From: Vitrella brassicaformis CCMP3155
Taxonomy: Eukaryota > Protista > Chromerida
Assembly: GCA_001179505.1 (NCBI GenBank)
Contig: CDMY01000027.1
Location: 124,001 to 188,000 of the forward strand
Direction of reading: 5' to 3'
DNA: 64,000 nucleotides
Below are positions 62,378 to 64,000 of the stretch, in pieces. The notes under the pieces are model-generated. The model worked only from the letters and a program-made list of their open reading frames with translations. It was not told where the DNA came from and searched no databases. The first letter of the stretch is position 1. Each line of letters opens with the position of its first letter. The position numbers and the translations under genes were made by a program.

Positions 62378-64000
62378 CTATACATCCACTGGTGCCGTGT
62401 GTCTCTTCTGTCGTGTAATGTTGTGTATGCTGACCTTGAAAAAGCATATGGACGCGTTCTCCACCACAGCCACCAAATGACCCATCCGGGGGGCACCGCC
62501 TGCGCCATCCTCACCCCCGACGCCACACGCACTCCCCGCCTCTTCACCACATTCACCACCACCACCACCATCAGCAGCAGCAGCGGCTGGAGGCACCTGA
62601 CGGGTGTCATCTTCCGCCGTTGTCCTGGCCTTCTTGGCCGGCGGGATGTCAGATGGCTCAGCTGGCGGTGATGAGGCGGCATGCAGGTCGTGGAGCACCT
62701 CAGGGTCCTCAAAGAACTCACACAGAGGCTCGGTCCACCTGACACGCACATACACACACACACACACACACACATACACACACTCACATATCCAGACAGA
62801 CCTCATCATATCTCTCACTTGGCCACGTGCAGTACGTAGTCCGGCGCTTCGTCGAAGCTGGGCCGCCTGTCGCAGGGCATGAACACCCGCCACACACGCT
62901 CACCGGCATCGCACTCGACCTCCTTCACAGCACTCATCGCACCGCCACCACCATCACAATCACCCAGCCGACTCAACGCACTCGACAGCACGTCGGGGGC
63001 CTCTCCAGATGCCTTGTCTGGTTCAGTCGGGCGGTCGCTTTGTGCACTGCGCTGGAAGTTGGCGAAAACTCGTCGGCTCATGTTGGTGGATGGGTGGGGT
63101 GCGGGCAGCCGGGCCATGGCTTCCTCAGGACTCGGCAACGAGTCGGTGGGCAGGGCCGCTGGGTGCCTGGAGAGAGGAGAGAGAGAGAGAGAATGTGTGT
63201 GTAAATGCATTTGTGTGTGGCATGGACTTGGCGGCGTACCTCCGTTGCAGAGCGTATCCTGCCCTCTTCATGTGGGCGTAGACGATGTAGCACGTCAAGC
63301 TCACACTCAGCGGACGACCCGCCTCATCTAAAATACACACACACACACACACAAGAAGAGTAGGAAGGACGGAAAGGCGATATATGATGCGTGGATGCAA
63401 TGTGTATCTATGGCTGGCTGGCTGACCGACCCTTGAGTTGTCTGTCGTGCAGGTCCATGAGGGTGTCGTATGCGTCCTGCACCGACCAGCGGCGGCCTGA
63501 CTCGTCCCACACATCCAACGAACCTGTCAGTCACGTCACACACACATGACACCCACACCACACCCACAGGCATTTCATTTGCAGCCCAGTGAATGCAATG
63601 CATGTGCGGCATCCATCTTAAGATATACAGGTAGGCTAGGCATTTACCTCTTTCCTTGAGGTAGAGGACCTCTTCCACATGCAGCATCTGCCGGCCGGGG
63701 GGGATGTTCCACCCCAAACTCTGCACCACCTTGCCGCGAGGACGCACCACCATTCCCTGAATGAATGGAATGAACCAACACAACACACAGAGAGAGAGAG
63801 AGAGAGAGTGTGGCTGGCTGGCACTTCTGTTCACCGTGTTTGCTCACTCACCACGCCCAGGTCATTCATCCAGATCACCACCGTCCCTACACACATAACA
63901 CACACACAGACAAGGAAGGCACCCATAGGCCCGGCAAGATGGGAGCTACCGATGTTCTCCTCCATGTGTAGCCCACTCACTTTGTGAGGCGTCTGGGTCT
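62378..64000 (-). CDS. TSEN54: tRNA-splicing endonuclease subunit Sen54, 5' end probably at or beyond the window edge
   Basis: VVRPRGKVVQSLG...LHVEEVLYLKERG, YIVYAHMKRAGY, PDYVLHV and LVAVVENASICFF match Sen54 conserved blocks. Confidence 0.75.

Overview
Intron-rich, GC-rich eukaryotic genomic DNA with about 25 genes or gene relics. No rRNA, tRNA, CRISPR array or recognisable transposon was seen. Short introns with (TG)n/(TGTC)n tracts before the acceptor and several signal-plus-transit-peptide leaders point to a chromerid alveolate such as Vitrella brassicaformis; this is inference, not a database match. Genes were rebuilt by hand-splicing GT(GC)-AG introns, so most ORF-track entries are exon fragments or spurious antisense frames. 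Recognisable products: BTB protein, large ankyrin-RING E3 ligase with a duplicated module, plastid DUF3727-like protein, WD40 protein, AzgA purine permease, Zn-dependent MDR dehydrogenase, giant coiled-coil protein, membrane PAS sensor, MYND finger protein, WWE-NYN(Regnase-like) RNase, Rubisco-LSMT-like SET protein, small secreted Cys-rich protein, disrupted CDK-like kinase, signal-peptide thioredoxin-PUB protein, BTB-BTB-FKBP protein with a frameshift, expansin-trefoil surface protein, and Sen54. Best candidates for undescribed biology: the expansin-trefoil fusion, the WWE-NYN RNase fusion, the thioredoxin-PUB (SELMA-like) protein and the PAS sensor without an output domain.
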